Positions 59,471 through 64,000 of a DNA stretch of 64,000 nt are shown here, one piece after another. The DNA is from Ranitomeya imitator (Eukaryota), in contig NC_091291.1 of the NCBI RefSeq assembly GCF_032444005.1, forward strand, positions 25,358,001-25,422,000. Reading direction: 5' to 3'. Position 1 is the first letter of the stretch. The number at the start of each line of letters is the position of its first letter. The translations under genes were made by a program, and so were the position numbers. The notes below the pieces were generated by a model, which had not been told where the DNA came from, searched no databases, and saw only the letters and a list, made by a program, of their open reading frames with translations.

Positions 59471-60386
59471 CTGTCTCTTCCTCATAATCCTATAGAATGT
59501 AAGTCCGCAAGGACAGGGTCCTCTCCCCTCTGTACTGGTCTGTCACTGTAAATTTGTTTACTGTTAATCATATCTATAACCCTGTATGTAACCCCTTCTC
59601 ATGTACAGCACCAAGGAATTAATGGTGCTATATAAATAATAATAATAATATGGTGAACATGGTAAAAAAAAATCCCCCAAAACAGTTGTTGAATTGCATA
59701 TTTATTATTTTTTTGCAATTTACCGCCCCTAGATTTTTTTGCCCCGTTCTCCAGTACATGAGATCTTTGGTGCCATACAAAAGTCCAACTCGCCCTGAAA
59801 AAAAACAACCCCTCATACAGCTATATGGCCGGAAAAAATGAAAAAAATGTATGGCTCTGGGAAGAAGGGGAGGAAAAATGGAAAATCGCAAAGGTGCTGA
59901 AAAGTATGTGACCCCCATCCACATCCACTTTCGGGGGGTTTTCTGAGCTCCTATTCTACATCCATAGACATTATTAATATGGAGTCTCTCATCTGCAGAT
60001 ATGACGGCTCCTGTTCTTCTGGGAGGGATTTCTACAAGATTTTTGGGAAATTTTTGCCCCTTCATCCAGAAGATCATTTGTTGTTGGGGAATCCGGACTC
60101 TCCATTACAGGATGGGGCTGGGGGTCTGTGCGGCCGCTCATGTACCCCCATGTCTGTATGGAGCTTGTGCACTGGGCACAGTCATGGGCGGCAGATAAGG
60201 GTATTTCCCAAACTGTTCCCGCAAAGCTGAAGATTACGATTTCCCATCACTGGATGGTCCGCGGCCGCCCCCTAATAACGGCTCCTATCCTAGCATTATC
60301 CCCCTCCATCATCTGTACAGGGGGCACAATGCAATCAGGGGGGGGTAGTGTCCTCCTGGAATCACCAAACCCAGACTCCTCCATAA

Positions 60387-60723
60387 GGCTAGGTTCTCAT
60401 TGCGTTAGTGCAATCCGTTTAGCGCATACGCTAATGGACTGCGCTAACGCAATGTTCAAAAAGGGATCGCGTTTAGCGATCCCGCTAGCGCAGATGCCCA
60501 ATCTGCGCTAGCGAGAACGGACCCAAAAACGCTGCAAGCAGCGTTCGAGGTCCGTCAGAAACTAACGGGACATCGCTAGCGCATGCCAAAAATGGCATAC
60601 GTTAGCAATGCGTTAGTTACATTGCGCTCAATGGCTGCGCTAACGGACCCGTCACATTGCGTTAGTGGCGCTGTGTAATGGATTCCGTTAGCGGACTGCC
60701 ACTTACGCAATGTGAACCTAGCC
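60387..60723. mobile_element. Harbinger-type MITE
   Basis: TAA|ggctaggttctcattgcg ... cgcaatgtgaacctagcc|TAA. Confidence 0.85.
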
Positions 60724-61189
60724 TAAGATGCAGATAGAGAAGTGCGATCCGTCACTGCACAGAACACGTCTCCTCCAGAGTCCAGTAATGGCGGCTTTAC
60801 ACCACTTCATCCAACGCTCAGCATTGTGCTTGGTGATGTACGGCTGCTTGCAGCTGCTCGACCATGAATCTACCGGAGGGGGCGCATTATTTATCAGACG
60901 AGGTCTGTACTCTGCAGTTATGGGGTCAGCAGAGCGGTGGGGACTATTCTCGCCATTTAGTCAGGTACATCCTCTTGGCAACCAATCATTCATCTGGCTG
61001 CTCTTAAAGGGATCTCTAGACACGTGTTCAGACTCTGAGGTGCTGCAAGAACTACAACTCCCATCATGCTGGCGACAAACATCCCAGTGTAACGCGGGTG
61101 ACAAGAAAGTAACAAAACGTGTATACACAGAAAGAACTTTTAATAACCGCGAAGAGAGACTTTGCCCAAAACAAACATGTCGGCACCAC

Positions 61190-61326
61190 ACTTCCGGTAG
61201 CCGCTGCATTGTACGGCGCATGCGTCCCTCCTCCTTTTCCTGTTTACGCGGAGGCTCCTGGGAACTCAGATTCTAAGTGCGGCGGACACGTGTAGCACAG
61301 ACGTCGAGCAGCGGACATGAGGCCAG
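61190..61326 (+). promoter_or_regulatory. Candidate promoter and first exon (…ATG AGG CCA G|GTGAGC) of an unidentified plus-strand gene
   Basis: ACTTCCGG (ETS/GABP-type) at 61190-61197, GCGCATGCG (NRF1-type) at 61216-61224, CpG-rich, consensus donor at 61327. Confidence 0.5.
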
Positions 61327-61329
61327 GTG

Positions 61330-64000
61330 AGCGGCCGGGACCGGGGAGGTAGAGGCGGCCGGGGCTGTGTATAAGGATGGTTCCATGCAGGAGCTGCCGG
61401 GACCGGGGAGGTAGAGGCGGCCGGGGCTGTGTATACGGATGGTTCCATGCAGGAGCTGCCGGGACCGGGGAGGTAGAGGCGGCCGGGGCTGTGTATAAGG
61501 ATGGTTCCATGCAGGAGCTGCCGGGACCGGGGAGGGAGAGGCGGCCTGGGGCGAGTGTGGTGGCCGGGGCTGTGTATAAGGATGGTTCCATGCAGGAGCT
61601 GCCGGGACCGGGGAGGGAGAGGCGGCCGGGGCTGTGTATAAGGATGGTTCCATGCAGGAGCTGCCGGGACCGGGGAGGGAGAGGCGGCCGGGGCTGTGTA
61701 TACGGATGGTTCCATGCAGGAGCTGCCGGGACCGGGGAGGTAGAGGCGGCCGGGGCTGTGTATACGGATGGTTCCATGCAGGAGCTGCCGGGACCGGGGA
61801 GGTAGAGGCGGCCGGGGCTGTGTATACGGATGGTTCCATGCAGGAGCTGCCGGGACCGGGGAGGGAGAGGCGGCCGGGGCTGTGTATACGGATGGTTCAA
61901 TGCAGGAGCTGCCGAGACCGGGGAGGTAGAGGCGGCCGGGGCTGTGTATACGGATGGTTCCATGCAGGAGCTGCCGGGACCGGGGAGGTAGAGGCGGCCG
62001 GGGCTGTGTATACGGATGGTTCCATGCAGGAGCTGCCGGGACCGGGGAGGTAGAGGCGGCCGGGGCTGTGTATACGGATGGTTCCATGCAGGAGCTGCCG
62101 GGACCGGGGAGGGAGAGGCGGCCGGGGCTGTGTATACGGATGGTTCAATGCAGGAGCTGCCGAGACCGGGGAGGTAGAGGCGGCCGGGGCTGTGTATACG
62201 GATGGTTCCATGCAGGAGCTGCCGGGACCGGGGAGGTAGAGGCGGCCGGGGCTGTGTATACGGATGGTTCCATGCAGGAGCTGCCGGGACCGGGGAGGTA
62301 GAGGCGGCCGGGGCTGTGTATACGGATGGTTCCATGCAGGAGCTGCCGGGACCGGGGAGGTAGAGGCGGCCGGGGCTGTGTATACGGATGGTTCCATGCA
62401 GGAGCTGCCGGGACCGGGGAGGGAGAGGCGGCCGGGGCTGTGTATACGGATGGTTCAATGCAGGAGCTGCCGAGACCGGGGAGGTAGAGGCGGCCGGGGC
62501 TGTGTATATGGATGGTTCAATGCAGGAGCTGCCGAGACCGGGGAGGTAGAGGGGGCCGGGGCTGTGTATAAGGATGGTTCCATGCAGGAGCTGCCGGGAC
62601 CGGGGAATGAGAGGCGGCCGGGGCTGTGTATACGGATGGTTCAATGCAGGAGCTGCCGAGACTGGGGAGGTAGAGGCGGCCGGGGCTGTGTATACGGATG
62701 GTTCAATGCAGGAGCTGCCGAGACTGGGGAGGTAGAGGGGGCCGGGGCTGTGTATATGGATGGTTCCATGCAGGAGCTGCCGGGACCGGGGAGGTAGAGG
62801 CGGCCGGGGCTGTGTATAAGGATGGTTCCATGCAGGAGCTGCCGGGACCGGGGAATGAGAGGCGGCCGGGGCTGTGTATACGGATGGTTCAATGCAGGAG
62901 CTGCCGAGACTGGGGAGGTAGAGGCGGCCGGGGCTGTGTATACGGATGGTTCAATGCAGGAGCTGCCGAGACTGGGGAGGTAGAGGGGGCCGGGGCTGTG
63001 TATATGGATGGTTCCATGCAGGAGCTGCCGGGACTGGGGAGGTAGAGGCGGCCGGGGCTGTGTATAAGGATGGTTCCATGCAGGAGCTGCCGGGACCGGG
63101 GAGGTAGAGGCGGCCGGGGCTGTGTATATGGATGGTTCCATGCAGGAGCTGCCGGGACCGGGGAGGGAGAGGCGGCCGGGGCTGTGTATACGGATGGTTC
63201 CATGCAGGAGCTGCCGGGACCGGGGAGGTAGAGGCGGCCGGGGCTGTGTATACGGATGGTTCCATGCAGGAGCTGCCGGGACCGGGGAGGTAGAGGCGGC
63301 CGGGCCTGTGTATACGGATGGTTCCATGCAGGAGCTGCCGGGACCGGGGAGGTAGAGGCGGCCGGGCCTGTGTATATGGATGGTTCAATGCAGGAGCTGC
63401 CGAGACTGGGGAGGGAGAGGCGGCCGGGGCTGTGTATAAGGATGGTTCAATGCAGGAGCTGCCGGGACCGGGGAGGTAGAGGCGGCCGGGGCTGTGTATA
63501 CGGATGGTTCAATGCAGGAGCTGCCGGGACCGGGGAGGTAGAGGCGGCCGGGGCTGTGTATACGGATGGTTCAGTGCAGGAGCTGCCGGGACCGGGGAGG
63601 TAGAGGCGGCCGGGGCTGTGTATACGGATGGTTCCATGCAGGAGCTGCCGGGACCGGGGAGGTAGAGGCGGCCGGGGCTGTGTATATGGATGGTTCCATG
63701 CAGGAGCTGCCGGGACCGGGGAGGTAGAGGCGGCCGGGGCTGTGTATAAGGATGGTTCCATGCAGGAGCTGCCGGGACCGGGGAGGTAGAGGCGGCCGGG
63801 GCTGTGTATACGGATGGTTCAATGCAGGAGCTGCCGAGACTGGGGAGGTAGAGGGGGCCGGGGCTGTGTATATGGATGGTTCCATGCAGGAGCTGCCGGG
63901 ACCGGGGAGGTAGAGGCGGCCGGGGCTGTGTATAAGGATGGTTCCATGCAGGAGCTGCCGGGACCGGGGAATGAGAGGCGGCCGGGGCTGTGTATACGGA
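61330..64000 (+). repeat. 62-bp G-rich minisatellite (~43 copies, runs off the window)
   Basis: gggaccggggaggtagaggcggccggggctgtgtatacggatggttccatgcaggagctgcc. Confidence 0.98.

Larger units (their letters stand above)
55185..59645 (+). mobile_element. Degraded L2-type LINE in fragments (55185-55482, ~57598-58410, 3' UTR ~59470-59645)
   Basis: RT-region similarity to the 44-45 kb copy (ctcctcatcc...ggagtccctcaaggctctgtcctagggcccctac; [12 protein letters not shown]); (AAT)n tail at ~59635. Confidence 0.8.

Noticed and set aside
56541-59551. Long Pro/His- or Val/Ala-rich ORFs
   Set aside because: Minisatellite translations inside repeats.
59979-60383. Possible Gypsy integrase-like remnant (RPLMYPHVCMELVHWAQ...)
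   Set aside because: The resemblance is too weak; no LTRs or catalytic motifs.
61244-63885. Pro-rich ORFs up to 466 aa
   Set aside because: 62-bp array artefacts.

Overview
Vertebrate genomic DNA, very probably a neobatrachian (hyloid) frog. That assignment is inferred from recalled repeat families and gene content. I reconstructed three spliced protein-coding genes by hand: FAM187B-like (minus strand, 2 exons, 383 aa), LSR/angulin-1 (plus, 10 exons, 581 aa) and an 82-aa NDUFA4/COXFA4-family cytochrome c oxidase subunit (plus, 4 micro-exons) that the ORF track misses entirely. Candidate promoters and first exons of two further genes lie near the window edges (about 1.06 kb minus, about 61.3 kb plus). 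Most of the rest is repeat: a ~12.4-kb 19/21-bp tandem array between FAM187B and LSR, about ten other minisatellites (21-86 bp), L2-type LINEs (one nested, one inserted in the array), a Tc1 remnant, Harbinger-, pogo- and piggyBac-like non-autonomous elements, a non-autonomous Helitron and a 904-N gap. Nearly all long ORFs in the track are minisatellite artefacts. The most interesting signals are the NDUFA4-family gene next to LSR and two head-to-head inverted insertions with 15-16-bp target-site duplications that carry hammerhead-ribozyme-like motifs (Penelope-like). One of these sits ~320 bp downstream of the NDUFA4-like stop codon and supplies its first canonical AATAAA.
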